Below are positions 22,494-32,366 of a stretch of 43,727 nt of DNA, in pieces. Each line of letters starts with the position of its first letter. The first letter of the stretch is position 1. Under the pieces are notes generated by a model. The model was not told the origin of the DNA, made no database searches, and saw nothing but the letters and a program-made list of their open reading frames with translations. A program made the translations under genes and the position numbers. The DNA comes from a virus. The stretch lies in IMG/VR virus record IMGVR_UViG_3300021437_000005; one strand, written 5' to 3'.

Positions 22494-24884
22494 ATGCCCA
22501 CACTCAACGCACACACGACAGACGTCCCTCCTCCTCCACCACCATTTACCCTGCCAAAGCGCTCGACACGCTCCATACAGGTCTCGGCTGAGGAGGTGGT
22601 GGACTCGGTGTTGGAGCGTATTCGTCAGGATCTCCAAGACCGCAGCGAATGGATGGAGCATCATCTTCGTCAGTATGCGAAGTATCGGGGATGGGTGGAA
22701 CCGAAGTCCTGGCAGTTTCGAGACGCGAGTCACGCGCATCTCCCAATTACGATGTATACCTGCCAACGGATTGAGGATGCCCTGTATAATGCCGTGATGA
22801 GTCAGCGTCCAGTGATGCAATCCAAGGCCAATCAGAAACAGGATGCGCAAAAAGAACATCGTATTGACCATCTGCTTGACTACGAATTCTTTCAGTGCGC
22901 TGGCGCCGAACGCATCCTTGCTGATGCCATTCAAAATCTCGTCGTGGATGGGACGGTCCATCTGATGATTCCCTGGGTACGCAGCCTCCAGACCACTCGA
23001 CTCTTTACCCGACTCCCTGCTCCTCCAGATGGCGCGGAACTCCTCACCTATCTCTACCAGCAATTTGTGGTGCTCTACGGAGAACAGACCCTCGTGGTCA
23101 ACCGCACGGGCCATCGGTTTACCGTGCAGACCCCGGGGGGGCAAGTGGACCTGGAAGTCTATCAGGGGGTGGACGGGGATCTCGAAGTCATTGAACAGCG
23201 CGACCTGAGGCTCGATCACTTAGGACTGTCGGTCGAGGATCTGGAAGATATTGTGGTCCCCGCGAATTGCACGAATCCACAACCCCCGTCTGAGAGCAAT
23301 CCTCGGGGAGCCCACCACGTCACTCGCCTGTGTGCCGCGTCACTCGATACCATCCGTCGCCGCCAACGCCAGGGGATCTATGATCTCCTCAGCGAGGCCG
23401 ATCTGACGGTCTGCGAGGGGTGGAGTGACCAAGGCATGACCGAGGAGACGACGGAGGCCAAACTCCAAAAAGACGAGATGGAAGGGATCCAAAGTCAACA
23501 AGGGGAAGGCGTCCATGGGTCGGTCCAAGTCCTAGAGGTCTATGATCGGTATGATGTCAATGACGACGGGCTTGAAGAGGACGTGATCTTCTGGATTCTC
23601 TGTGACAAGGACTTCACGGAGGGACGCCTCGCACGGGCGCGCTACCTCACGGAGATTGTTCCGCCGGGTCCGCATGGGGCCAGGCGTCCTATTGAGAAGA
23701 TCGACCTCTTCCCCGTCACCAATCGTTACTATGGCATCGGGTTTCCTGAGTTGGTGGAGGGGTCACAAGACCTGATGAATACGATGTTTAACTTCGGCGT
23801 CGATGCCGGGGTGTTAAGCAACATGCCGTTCTTTTTCTACCGGGCGGCCTCTGGACTCAAATCGGATATCCTGAAGCTCAATCCAGGAGAGGGGTATCCC
23901 GTGGATGATCCTCGCACCGATATTTATTTCCCGCAACTCCCCACGGCGGGCGGATCCTGGGTCTTCAATGAACTCTCGTTGCTCAACCAGTTTCTCGAAA
24001 AACTCACGATGCAGAGCGCCCTCGCGTTTGGGGGGATTCCTCAAGGCAAATCGGCAGCCCTTCGAACCTCCGGGAATATGGCGTCGGTGATGAATCAGGG
24101 GGATATGCGGAGTGAACGGATTCTCCGGCGACTCATGGAAGGGTTGTCTCGGGTCTGGGATCAAGGGTTAGCTCTGCTGCAGCAGTATCTCCCTCCGGCG
24201 ACCGAATACCGGATCCTCGGTGTGCCGGAGTCTCAGGAGCGATTTGACCGTATTCAGGACCGTGACGAGATAGCGGGACGATTCCATTTCCAGTGGAAGG
24301 CCACGATCCTCAATGCCAATCCACAGGTCAAGCAACAGGCCGCGCTCTCGTTGGTTCAGATTCTGTCGAACCCCATGATGCTTCAAGCCCAACTCACGGG
24401 GCCAGAGGAACTCTATCGTGCCATGCGCCGGTACATCGAAACGCTCGATGAACCCAATCCCGATCAGTTCCTGAAGCGGCCCCCTGGGGTGGGGACGAGT
24501 CAAAAACTCACCGCAGAGATGGCGATCTCCATGATCCTTGAAGGCCGGATGCCGGAGGAGGTCAACCCAGCAGAACCTCTCCAAACCCATGCGGAGACGT
24601 TGACACAGTTCCTGCATTCCGATCTATTCGGGGTCCTGACACCCCAACAGGTCACACTCTTTGGGGCCTATCTCAAACGGGTCATGGCCGCCGTGCAACG
24701 CATGCAGCAACAGGCGCAACTCGCACAAGTGGCCCAGCAAGCGCAGTCGTCCCTCGGGGGCGGCATGATGCCACAAGGACAACCCGGGCCACCTCCGGGT
24801 CCCCCCGCTCCACAGGCCACGAGTCTGAGTCTGGCGACACCAGCCGAAGCAGGACAAACACCGCAGAGGCCAATAGGAGGGTAG
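22494..24884 (+). CDS. Portal protein
   Basis: 796 aa immediately after terL. Gln/Pro-rich C-terminal tail. The call rests mainly on gene order and size. Confidence 0.7.
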   Translation: MPTLNAHTTDVPPPPPPFTLPKRSTRSIQVSAEEVVDSVLERIRQDLQDRSEWMEHHLRQYAKYRGWVEPKSWQFRDASHAHLPITMYTCQRIEDALYNAVMSQRPVMQSKANQKQDAQKEHRIDHLLDYEFFQCAGAERILADAIQNLVVDGTVHLMIPWVRSLQTTRLFTRLPAPPDGAELLTYLYQQFVVLYGEQTLVVNRTGHRFTVQTPGGQVDLEVYQGVDGDLEVIEQRDLRLDHLGLSVEDLEDIVVPANCTNPQPPSESNPRGAHHVTRLCAASLDTIRRRQRQGIYDLLSEADLTVCEGWSDQGMTEETTEAKLQKDEMEGIQSQQGEGVHGSVQVLEVYDRYDVNDDGLEEDVIFWILCDKDFTEGRLARARYLTEIVPPGPHGARRPIEKIDLFPVTNRYYGIGFPELVEGSQDLMNTMFNFGVDAGVLSNMPFFFYRAASGLKSDILKLNPGEGYPVDDPRTDIYFPQLPTAGGSWVFNELSLLNQFLEKLTMQSALAFGGIPQGKSAALRTSGNMASVMNQGDMRSERILRRLMEGLSRVWDQGLALLQQYLPPATEYRILGVPESQERFDRIQDRDEIAGRFHFQWKATILNANPQVKQQAALSLVQILSNPMMLQAQLTGPEELYRAMRRYIETLDEPNPDQFLKRPPGVGTSQKLTAEMAISMILEGRMPEEVNPAEPLQTHAETLTQFLHSDLFGVLTPQQVTLFGAYLKRVMAAVQRMQQQAQLAQVAQQAQSSLGGGMMPQGQPGPPPGPPAPQATSLSLATPAEAGQTPQRPIGG

Positions 24885-24891
24885 CGGACAG

Positions 24892-25221
24892 ATGGATCGT
24901 CGATGGAATACGTGGAGACAACTACACTCAACCCCACTCGCTCCACAGGAACCGGAATCGTCAGATCATCAGGCGTTGGCGGCCCTCCTCACAGAGGGTC
25001 GGGAGAGTGAGTGTTGGACGCTCCTGACATCCATCATCACCACACAGATTCGGAGTGCAGAGTCACGGTTTCTTGATACGTTAGCCCCGTCGTATGAGGT
25101 GTACCTACAGGCGTGGGCGAGGCGGCAGGCACTTATTGGGGTGCTTGCCCTCCCACAGGCGCACACACAGGAGGACCACCATGGCCGCGAAGACAGGACG
25201 AACGGGATCAGCAGGGAATAA
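24892..25221 (+). CDS. Hypothetical protein
   Basis: 109-aa ORF after the portal. RBS is distant (12 nt). Confidence 0.45.
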   Translation: MDRRWNTWRQLHSTPLAPQEPESSDHQALAALLTEGRESECWTLLTSIITTQIRSAESRFLDTLAPSYEVYLQAWARRQALIGVLALPQAHTQEDHHGREDRTNGISRE

Positions 25222-25372
25222 AAAGGGCACGCCCGCCTTCTCCACAGGACATCCGCGTGACTTGGAAGATCGACGTCGAGCCCGTCCGACGTTGCGGATC
25301 AATATGCGGAATCCCATGATCTTTTTTACAGGCGCCACTCGCAAGTCACCATCACGGAGTCCACACGAATGA
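25181..25372 (+). CDS. Small basic hypothetical protein (63 aa)
   Basis: AGGAGGACCACC then ATG 25181. Overlaps the previous ORF by 41 nt. Confidence 0.45.
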   Translation: MAAKTGRTGSAGNKKGTPAFSTGHPRDLEDRRRARPTLRINMRNPMIFFTGATRKSPSRSPHE

Positions 25373-25551
25373 TTGCGCCAGCCTGGGTCGTCCAAGTCAT
25401 GCAGGAACTTCCCCCTCGATTTACGGGGTATGTGCAGATCAATTGCGTCGAGGGTGGGGTCGCGAACGTGACGAAACTTGAAACCTTTCGGCCAGCGAAG
25501 AAAACGCTTGACACCATCCAGAAGGTTGTGATAGTCACCAACGTAGAGTAG
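25369..25551 (+). CDS. Small hypothetical protein (60 aa)
   Basis: ATGA coupling to the previous ORF. GC-rich third codon positions by eye. Confidence 0.5.
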   Translation: MIAPAWVVQVMQELPPRFTGYVQINCVEGGVANVTKLETFRPAKKTLDTIQKVVIVTNVE

Positions 25552-25578
25552 GGCATCGGGTTGTTCGGCACACACTGA

Positions 25579-25616
25579 AGCCCGTTCATGGAGGAATCTC
25601 CGTGGACGGGCTTTTC
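25579..25616 (+). terminator. Rho-independent terminator inside the late unit
   Basis: 15-bp stem AGCCCGTTCATGGAG / CTCCGTGGACGGGCT (two G-U pairs), GAAT loop, then TTTTCG. Confidence 0.7.
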
Positions 25617-25689
25617 GTATATTCGGGCGTTTACTCCCTGGTCGCCGCAGGGTGACATCGCGGAACAGGCGCGGCAAGGAGAAGACATC

Positions 25690-26472
25690 ATGGCAGACGA
25701 ACAGCAGATAGGAGTCGAGGAGGCCGCCGCTCCTGTTGTCGAATCGGGCGTACCAGAAGAGACTCCTGCCAACCAGGAGGGTGGAACTCCCAGTATTCCC
25801 AAACCACGTTTTGATGAGGTCCTTCACCGGGCGAAGGCGGCGGAGCAGCATGCACGAGACCTGGAAACGCGGGTCCAGTCCTTAGAGCGACAACCCGCTC
25901 CCACGCAACCCGCGCAGCAGTTGCCAACCCTGGCCCAAGTGTTTGACTTCTATGAACGTGGACAGATTACGGAAGCGCAAAAAGATCAATGGGTGGTGTA
26001 CCATACCAAGGAGGCCGCCAAGCAGGAATTTGGACAGGCCATTCGCCAGACGACCATGTTAGCCAAAGCGCAGACCACGACAGCCGAGTACCTCAAAGCG
26101 TATCCCGCGTTGACCGATGGGTCCAGTCACGACTTTCAGGCGCTCTCAGCCACGTACAATGAGTTGCTGAGTGAGGGGCATCCAAATAGTGTGGCGACGC
26201 AAGCGGCGGCCCTTCGGATGACCTTCGGACCGATCAAGGCCGCGTCACAGATTACGCCGACTGAACATACTCGTCAACGGGCTGATACCTTCTTGGAGGG
26301 TGCAGGCGGAGGGGGGCGCATGGCGGAGTCAGATGTCCTGAAGCAGGTCGATGAACGACAGATCAAGTTTTGGAAACAGAAAGGCTATACAAAGACACAG
26401 ATGACCGATGAAGCACGATACAAGGGCGTCGGGAATATTTCGGACTACCGTCGAACCAAGAAAAAGGCTTAA
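25690..26472 (+). CDS. Scaffolding protein candidate
   Basis: AAGGAGAAGACATC then ATG. 260 aa, acidic N-terminus, helical and Gln/Ala-rich. Positioned upstream of the capsid genes. Confidence 0.55.
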   Translation: MADEQQIGVEEAAAPVVESGVPEETPANQEGGTPSIPKPRFDEVLHRAKAAEQHARDLETRVQSLERQPAPTQPAQQLPTLAQVFDFYERGQITEAQKDQWVVYHTKEAAKQEFGQAIRQTTMLAKAQTTTAEYLKAYPALTDGSSHDFQALSATYNELLSEGHPNSVATQAAALRMTFGPIKAASQITPTEHTRQRADTFLEGAGGGGRMAESDVLKQVDERQIKFWKQKGYTKTQMTDEARYKGVGNISDYRRTKKKA

Positions 26473-26474
26473 CG

Positions 26475-26822
26475 ATGGAGATCCTCGTCAAGCGGACATG
26501 GACGACACAAGATCGTCAGAAGGCAGCGGAAGCGCCTGGTCGTCACTGGAAACGAGTGGCTGGCGGGTATATTGCCGACTTGGCCGACTTGCGAAAGAGT
26601 GTCGTGTTGTGTAGTCAGTGCGCGTGTAAGTTCAACCCGAAGGGCCATCGGTATCGTCGAGAGACAGATTTTCCTCACGTGACCGGGCGTTGCGACGGGT
26701 GTAAGGCGCACGATATGCGATGCATCCTCTACGTGGCTGAGGAGATTTACTCGCAGGTGAGAATGACCAGGGACGACACACGCTCCATGGCACGACGCGG
26801 GTTTAGTTTTGTAGGCGGATAG
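26475..26822 (+). CDS. Cys-rich hypothetical protein
   Basis: CSQCACK...GRCDGCK. 115 aa. Confidence 0.55.
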   Translation: MEILVKRTWTTQDRQKAAEAPGRHWKRVAGGYIADLADLRKSVVLCSQCACKFNPKGHRYRRETDFPHVTGRCDGCKAHDMRCILYVAEEIYSQVRMTRDDTRSMARRGFSFVGG

Positions 26823-26875
26823 CTGGTGGTCCGTCGAGACATCAGCATCAGACCCGAACCGATAAAGGAGAATAC

Positions 26876-27589
26876 ATGCGACTTGCCTATACGATAGGAG
26901 GGGGTGCACCAGTCTATAAGCGGTATCAGGTGGCTGCGAGCGTCACGACTGTTGGCGTGCCGTTGCTTATTCCAGCCGCTAATGGGGCGGGGTTGGCGGC
27001 GGCCACCACCACGTCACTCGCTGACATGGTCGGCGTCACCTTTGACACCGCGACCTATGTCACCGCGCAGCAGACGGATGGAAGTTCAGCCGAACGCACA
27101 GTCGGGGTGATTATTAACCCTGATGCCGTCTGGGCAGCCTTAATGAGTCAGGGGGCCACGCTCGGCACGGCATTGACCCTTCGCACCGTGACCACGGCGG
27201 CCACTGATGGATTGTCGGTCACGACTGCGGAAAGTTGGACGAGTACAGAGTACGATGAAGGCGTGGTCTGGGGATACGATGGGGCCAATGTGGGACAGGC
27301 ACGCAAGATCACCTCAACCTCAGCGACGGCTGGCACGGTCACGGTGGCCTTCGATCAGGATACGGTGGTCGGTGACAACTTCATTCGTGCTCCGTGGTGG
27401 CCGGTACAGAGTACTACGATGCAGTTAACCACCAACCTCGATGGTGCCGATGCGAGTATTGCCGTGGGCACGGGTGCCGGCGCAAAGTGTGTGGAACTCT
27501 TCCTTGGCAATCAGAGCAACAATGGACGCACGGATAGTTGGATCCTGTGGGTTCCGACGGATCATGTGTGGGGTATCAGACCGACGTAA
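26876..27589 (+). CDS. Hypothetical virion protein (possible head decoration)
   Basis: AAAGGAG RBS. 237 aa, Thr/Ala/Gly-rich and beta-type composition. Directly upstream of the major capsid gene. Confidence 0.6.
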   Translation: MRLAYTIGGGAPVYKRYQVAASVTTVGVPLLIPAANGAGLAAATTTSLADMVGVTFDTATYVTAQQTDGSSAERTVGVIINPDAVWAALMSQGATLGTALTLRTVTTAATDGLSVTTAESWTSTEYDEGVVWGYDGANVGQARKITSTSATAGTVTVAFDQDTVVGDNFIRAPWWPVQSTTMQLTTNLDGADASIAVGTGAGAKCVELFLGNQSNNGRTDSWILWVPTDHVWGIRPT

Positions 27590-27616
27590 TTAACGTCGAG
27601 CGGGAGGAAAAGATAG

Positions 27617-28537
27617 ATGCCAGCGACATCAGGAAGTTTTGGGGATCTACTAGACGCACGCTTTAAAAAGATTTTCTATGAGAAGTATGACGCGCTCCCG
27701 TCCATGTTGAAGGAACTCTACGGCTTCGATGATGTGGGGCCGCAGAAGAACCAGACACGGTATTCCAGCGTCGGGACCTTCGGGGACTTTTCGCAGTTCA
27801 CTGGCAACATTACCTACGATGAACTCTACCAGGGGTATGACACGACGTTGACCTCTATCGAGTTTGCGAAGGGGTTCCAGATCGAGCGGAAGTTGTATGA
27901 CGATGACCTGAGCAATATCATGGATCAGCGTCCAAAAGGGTTAGCCACTTCTGCTCAGCGCACGAGGGAGGGGCATGGTGCGAGGGTCTTTGCCAATGCC
28001 TTCAGCGTCGATACCTACTTCTACAATAACAGTGAGGGGGTGTCCCTGTGTTCAGATGCGCACACCACCACCTCTGGGGCATCCACCGCAGTAGGGTTTG
28101 ATAATAAAGGGACTGCGAGTTTGTCGGCCGTCGCTGTGGCAGCTGCTCGCAGTCAGATGGTGAACTTCCGTGGGGATCGCGGAGAACGGATTGCCTGTAT
28201 GCCGGATGCCATCCTGATCCCATCGCAGGGCAATATGTATGAACAGGCGTTCGAGATCGTCTCCAGTATGGGCAAGGTGGATACCGCCTCCAATAATGCC
28301 AACGTCCACTACGGACAGTACGATATCATCGAGTGGAACTATCTGCCCGATGCGAACGACTGGTTTATGATGGACAAGAACAACATGAAGGAGAACTTGA
28401 AGTGGATTGATCGCACCGACTTGGAATTTGGCTGGGTGGAGGATTTCGATACCTTGATCGCCAAGTACCGGGCCTACATGCGATACGCGAACGGGTGGTT
28501 GGATTGGCGGTGGATTGTCGGGAATCAGGTCGGCTAG
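27617..28537 (+). CDS. Major capsid protein (Mu gpT-like, HK97 fold)
   Basis: GGGAGG RBS. 306 aa. YSSVGTFGDFSQFTGNITYDELYQGYDTTLTSIEFAKGFQIERKLYDDD fits the gpT-type pattern as I recall it. Confidence 0.75.
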   Translation: MPATSGSFGDLLDARFKKIFYEKYDALPSMLKELYGFDDVGPQKNQTRYSSVGTFGDFSQFTGNITYDELYQGYDTTLTSIEFAKGFQIERKLYDDDLSNIMDQRPKGLATSAQRTREGHGARVFANAFSVDTYFYNNSEGVSLCSDAHTTTSGASTAVGFDNKGTASLSAVAVAAARSQMVNFRGDRGERIACMPDAILIPSQGNMYEQAFEIVSSMGKVDTASNNANVHYGQYDIIEWNYLPDANDWFMMDKNNMKENLKWIDRTDLEFGWVEDFDTLIAKYRAYMRYANGWLDWRWIVGNQVG

Positions 28538-28553
28538 CGGAGACGGAGTTACG

Positions 28554-28943
28554 ATGGCGAATCGTCGATACACGGACTTTAAGGATCGCGCAATTTGTTG
28601 CAAGACCTCGCCTCCACCGAATGGGCGGAAGGGGCCGAAAGCGACCCTCCCAAAAGAATCCACGGCGAAATGGCCTGGGATGAATAAAGAGGGTCGCTCC
28701 AGTCGTGACCGTGGGTTGGGCATGAAGCCCGTCAAGACGTTTGTGGCTGGAGCCTACATGCCTATGGGATCGAGTAACTGGATTGCCGGTGCCATCAAGA
28801 AACCTGGGGCGCTCAAACGGTCGCTTGGCGTGCCAACCGGCCAGACCATTCCCCCGATGATGCTTGGGAAAGCGGCAAAAGCGAGTGGGGTCATGGGCGC
28901 TCGTGCGCGGCTTGCACAGACACTGAGTAAACTTCGAGGATAA
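28554..28943 (+). CDS. Basic hypothetical protein
   Basis: GGAGACGGAG RBS. 129 aa. C-terminal GALKRSLGVPTGQTIP...ARARLAQTLSKL motif. Confidence 0.55.
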   Translation: MANRRYTDFKDRAICCKTSPPPNGRKGPKATLPKESTAKWPGMNKEGRSSRDRGLGMKPVKTFVAGAYMPMGSSNWIAGAIKKPGALKRSLGVPTGQTIPPMMLGKAAKASGVMGARARLAQTLSKLRG

Positions 28944-29012
28944 TCCGCCCGAGTCCCGGTATGGGGGTGCGCATACGACTGGGGAGGGGCCAATCGTGCC
29001 AAGGAGTGTTCG

Positions 29013-30026
29013 ATGGGGTATTTGACCAAGTGGGGAGGAATCTGGGGATTTAACCCAGTCACGACAGGCAGTATCTTCTTTGTGGCTCCGGTCAGTAGTA
29101 GTAGTGCCTCGTATACCATAGAGAATCGGTCCTATACGGCGTCAGACGGGAATGATGGGTTAAGTCCAGAACGCGCCTTGGCGACGGTCAAGCAGGCTAT
29201 CTCGCTCGCCACGGCCAACAATGGTGATATCATTTGTCTGTTGCCCGGCACACACAATGCCAGCACGGCGACGAACGAAACCGCTGCTGGAAACATCGCC
29301 GTCAACAAGGCTGGGTTGACCTTTATCGGGTTGCCGGCGATTGCGGATACCGTAGTAACGCCTGGGGTGATCAAGCCTCCAGCGATTATTACGGCACCGG
29401 CTGCGACGATTGCCGTCAGTGTTACTGCAGCGAGAACCACGTTTCTCAACCTCTCAATCCTGCCCATCACGCAGAAAGCGGGTATTGATTTTACCACGGC
29501 GGCGAATCATCTCACGGTGGCCAACTGTTTCTTTGACCTGGCAACGCCTGTCGGCCATGCGAGCACAAAAGGTCTTGCCGCCACGGGCGCGACGCAGGCC
29601 CCGACCTACCTGTACGTGAAAAACTGTGTCTTCGAAGAAGACAACACCGGCACGACACACGGACCGGCGCTGGATGTGGGCGCCGCGATCGCCTTCAGAG
29701 TCGAAGGCAACTCGTTCTATAACCTGGGGACTGGGGCCGCTGTCACAGCCTGGGCCATTGCGGTGCAGGTCAATGATGTCGCCCATGGAATGTTTGCCGG
29801 CAACAAGTTCTTCACCCTCCTCGGCAGTGCCGCCGCCATCACTGCGGGAATCAAAGGGGTCTCCATGACTGGCGCGAGTGAGCTGCAGTTGTGGAATAAC
29901 CAGTTTGGCGTGACCGTGACCAATCCCTTCAATAACTTTGCTGGGGCCGACTGTGACCTCTGCCTGAATTATGTGGCGACGGTCGCGGGCGGGACTGGCG
30001 GCACGCTCATTACGAGCACCACTTAA
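29013..30026 (+). CDS. Right-handed beta-helix (pectin-lyase-fold-like) protein
   Basis: AAGGAG RBS. ASDGNDGLSPERALATVKQAISLATANNGDIICLLPGTH followed by repetitive N/G/A/T-rich coils. Confidence 0.65.
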   Translation: MGYLTKWGGIWGFNPVTTGSIFFVAPVSSSSASYTIENRSYTASDGNDGLSPERALATVKQAISLATANNGDIICLLPGTHNASTATNETAAGNIAVNKAGLTFIGLPAIADTVVTPGVIKPPAIITAPAATIAVSVTAARTTFLNLSILPITQKAGIDFTTAANHLTVANCFFDLATPVGHASTKGLAATGATQAPTYLYVKNCVFEEDNTGTTHGPALDVGAAIAFRVEGNSFYNLGTGAAVTAWAIAVQVNDVAHGMFAGNKFFTLLGSAAAITAGIKGVSMTGASELQLWNNQFGVTVTNPFNNFAGADCDLCLNYVATVAGGTGGTLITSTT

Positions 30027-30081
30027 TAACCTGGTGATCGGCGGGGGGCGTCGGCCCCTCGCCACACCACAAGGAGCAAGG

Positions 30082-30744
30082 ATGCCAGAGATCGTCGAGT
30101 GGTTACAAGGAGTCAATCTCCTGCGGCACCGGCAGCGTAGCGAGATGCAAGAGGAACGAGACAATCTGGAGAAGCAGAGCAAGAATCCACACCTGCAACA
30201 CCCGGGTGAGGTGGTGAAAGAGATGCGCCGTCTGGACAAGCAGTTGCTCACACAGAGTCCAAAAACCTTGACCCCCATCGAGAAAGATACGCTGTCGAGG
30301 GTACAGAAGGAACTCACCGACTCCATCCGGTCAGGGATGGTCTCACATGAGGATATGCGGCGAAATCCACCGGGAGCGGTCCATCGACACATGCAATGGG
30401 AGAAGGCCAACAAAAAAAAGATCCACCTCTGGAAGAATATTAAGATTCAACTCGATCCAGAGAACGCTGATCCCGATCTGTCGAATTTGGAAATGATCCG
30501 TCCTCATGTCACAGAGACGGGTGCCGCGACCTTCAATCCGAACGCGCAAATTCCTGGTTCGTTTGCGATGACACCTCAGGCCAAGGCGAACTGGCCTGCC
30601 GAGATGCCGCAACAGGGGACGGTGAACAGTCCGCTTGTGCAGGCACAACGACGTGAGAAGACCCCCGAAGAGCGGATGGCGTTTGGCGCACGGATGAAGG
30701 CGGCGAGAGCGGCCAAGAAACAGACCGTAGGACAAGGGGCATAG
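30082..30744 (+). CDS. Hypothetical protein
   Basis: AAGGAGCAAGG then ATG. 220 aa, charged and helical. Confidence 0.6.
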   Translation: MPEIVEWLQGVNLLRHRQRSEMQEERDNLEKQSKNPHLQHPGEVVKEMRRLDKQLLTQSPKTLTPIEKDTLSRVQKELTDSIRSGMVSHEDMRRNPPGAVHRHMQWEKANKKKIHLWKNIKIQLDPENADPDLSNLEMIRPHVTETGAATFNPNAQIPGSFAMTPQAKANWPAEMPQQGTVNSPLVQAQRREKTPEERMAFGARMKAARAAKKQTVGQGA

Positions 30745-30747
30745 CGA

Positions 30748-30954
30748 ATGCCACAACAGTTTAGCGAGTTGAGTGTCCAGAAAAGCGATCAAGCGGAATC
30801 GTCTGGAGAGAACCCGTTGGGAGCGAATACGCAAATTCGCATTCTGATCGAACTACAGATTATCTCAAACCTCCTCGCCAAGATGAGTAACGAAACCTCA
30901 GATTTGGCGATTATGCGACATGACATTAGCGCCTCTCTGTTGTCGTATCGTTGA
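30748..30954 (+). CDS. Small hypothetical protein
   Basis: 68-aa ORF filling the gap between neighbours. Confidence 0.5.
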   Translation: MPQQFSELSVQKSDQAESSGENPLGANTQIRILIELQIISNLLAKMSNETSDLAIMRHDISASLLSYR

Positions 30955-30977
30955 CGGAGGGAGGTGAAAGGAGCACG

Positions 30978-31595
30978 ATGCTTACACAATCCATCGTAGG
31001 TCCGCAGCGTGGGCAGACAGGCGACATCAAAGTCATCCGAGTCGGAAAAGATGTGGATCACATCGTCTCAGAGTACCAACCGCGCTACTACAGTCAAGTC
31101 CTCGATGGCCGCGTCTATACCTGTACGGCGGTCTCGACGTCGACCATCATTTACACGACGGCGGCGGGGACCGGTGGACCACTCTTGTGGAATAATTCCT
31201 CGACGTACAATGCTGTCATCATGGGGGCGATGATCGACGTGACGACGGCATCCGGGGTTGCGGGAAGTATTGGCATTACGGGAGGATTTCAAGGCACGAC
31301 CGCTCCCAGCTCGACGACGGCTATTGATGCCGGACCAAAAAACCTGTTGCTGGGCGGACCGGCCTCGCAGACGACCCAATATCGGAAGGGCACCGTTGCC
31401 AACGCGGGAGGGTTCTACATCCCGTTGTTCACCGTCTCCACGGCGGCGACCTCCATCCAGTCCGGGTGGAACTATGTGGATATCGGAGGACTGGTCGTGG
31501 TACCTCCTCAGTATTATGCCGCCATTACAGCCAGTGCGACGTTAACCTCTTCAGTGAATAACATCGCCTTGGTGTGGGCGGAAGTGCCGGTGTAG
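30978..31595 (+). CDS. Hypothetical structural protein
   Basis: AAAGGAGCACG then ATG. 205 aa, Ser/Thr/Gly/Ala-rich. Confidence 0.6.
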   Translation: MLTQSIVGPQRGQTGDIKVIRVGKDVDHIVSEYQPRYYSQVLDGRVYTCTAVSTSTIIYTTAAGTGGPLLWNNSSTYNAVIMGAMIDVTTASGVAGSIGITGGFQGTTAPSSTTAIDAGPKNLLLGGPASQTTQYRKGTVANAGGFYIPLFTVSTAATSIQSGWNYVDIGGLVVVPPQYYAAITASATLTSSVNNIALVWAEVPV

Positions 31596-31605
31596 AGGAG
31601 TCCTC

Positions 31606-31899
31606 ATGCCAATTGATACGAAAACCGTTCCGTCGAGAATTGCGACGTTGACGAATGTGTCGTCGAGTGCGTCCTCTGTGCCGCTCCTCCTGGAACAACC
31701 AGCGCGGTTAGGGGCGACGATTATGAACGACTCGACACAGGTCTTGTACGTCAAGTTGGGGAAGGTCGCGTCCACGACGAGTTACACCGTCCAACTGGCG
31801 ACCATGACGTACTATGAAGTGCCGTTTGGTTATACGGGACAGATTGATGGCATCTGGGCGGCGGCCAATGGGACGGCCCGTCTCACGGAGGTCTGCTAA
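31606..31899 (+). CDS. Hypothetical structural protein
   Basis: AGAGGAG RBS. 97 aa. Confidence 0.6.
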   Translation: MPIDTKTVPSRIATLTNVSSSASSVPLLLEQPARLGATIMNDSTQVLYVKLGKVASTTSYTVQLATMTYYEVPFGYTGQIDGIWAAANGTARLTEVC

Positions 31900-32366
31900 T
31901 GCCACTGTTTAATTTCGGGCCTCCCTCGACGGGCGACCAATGCACCAAATCAAGTCAGGTGAGTACACTGACCAACGGGATGACCCTGTTTACCATTGCC
32001 AACGGGCCGATTGAGATTGTGGAGTTGCAATCAGTCTGCCTGACGGCGAATGATGTGACGGCGTCGACATTGCAATACAGTTCCAGTCCGACCGTTGGGA
32101 GCGCGAAGACACTGTCTGCGGCCTCAGCGACGTTAGCGAGTGCCACGGCCGGGACTACGATTACCCTGAATCAGACCTCGCTCGCCACAGCGCCAGATAT
32201 TGTGACGGCTGCCAACGGGGGCGTTGCCATTGGTGCCAACGTGGGGAATAAGATGATTGTCCAGGCGGGGACACTAACCGCCGTCATTGGAGTCGGATCA
32301 ACGACTGGCACGTGGGCGCATTATCTTCGGTGGAGGCCGTTACTGAATACTGTTACGGTGGTGTGA
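31899..32366 (+). CDS. Hypothetical structural protein
   Basis: ACGGAGG RBS, TAATG coupling. 155 aa. Confidence 0.6.
   Translation: MPLFNFGPPSTGDQCTKSSQVSTLTNGMTLFTIANGPIEIVELQSVCLTANDVTASTLQYSSSPTVGSAKTLSAASATLASATAGTTITLNQTSLATAPDIVTAANGGVAIGANVGNKMIVQAGTLTAVIGVGSTTGTWAHYLRWRPLLNTVTVV

Noticed and set aside
21689-23219. Long minus-strand ORFs (21689..22402 and 22296..23219) opposite terL and portal
   Set aside because: They lie antisense to confidently assigned terL and portal genes. Their composition is Arg/Pro/His-rich, typical of antisense frames in GC-rich DNA.
25105-25851. 248-aa minus-strand ORF spanning the portal-scaffold gap
   Set aside because: Arg-rich shadow-type sequence antisense to plus-strand ORFs that have good RBSs. 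It runs through the plus-strand terminator hairpin and into the scaffold gene, and has no RBS.
29454-30413. 319-aa minus-strand ORF opposite the beta-helix gene
   Set aside because: An antisense shadow (Arg/Cys/Ser-rich) that overlaps two plus-strand genes with RBSs.
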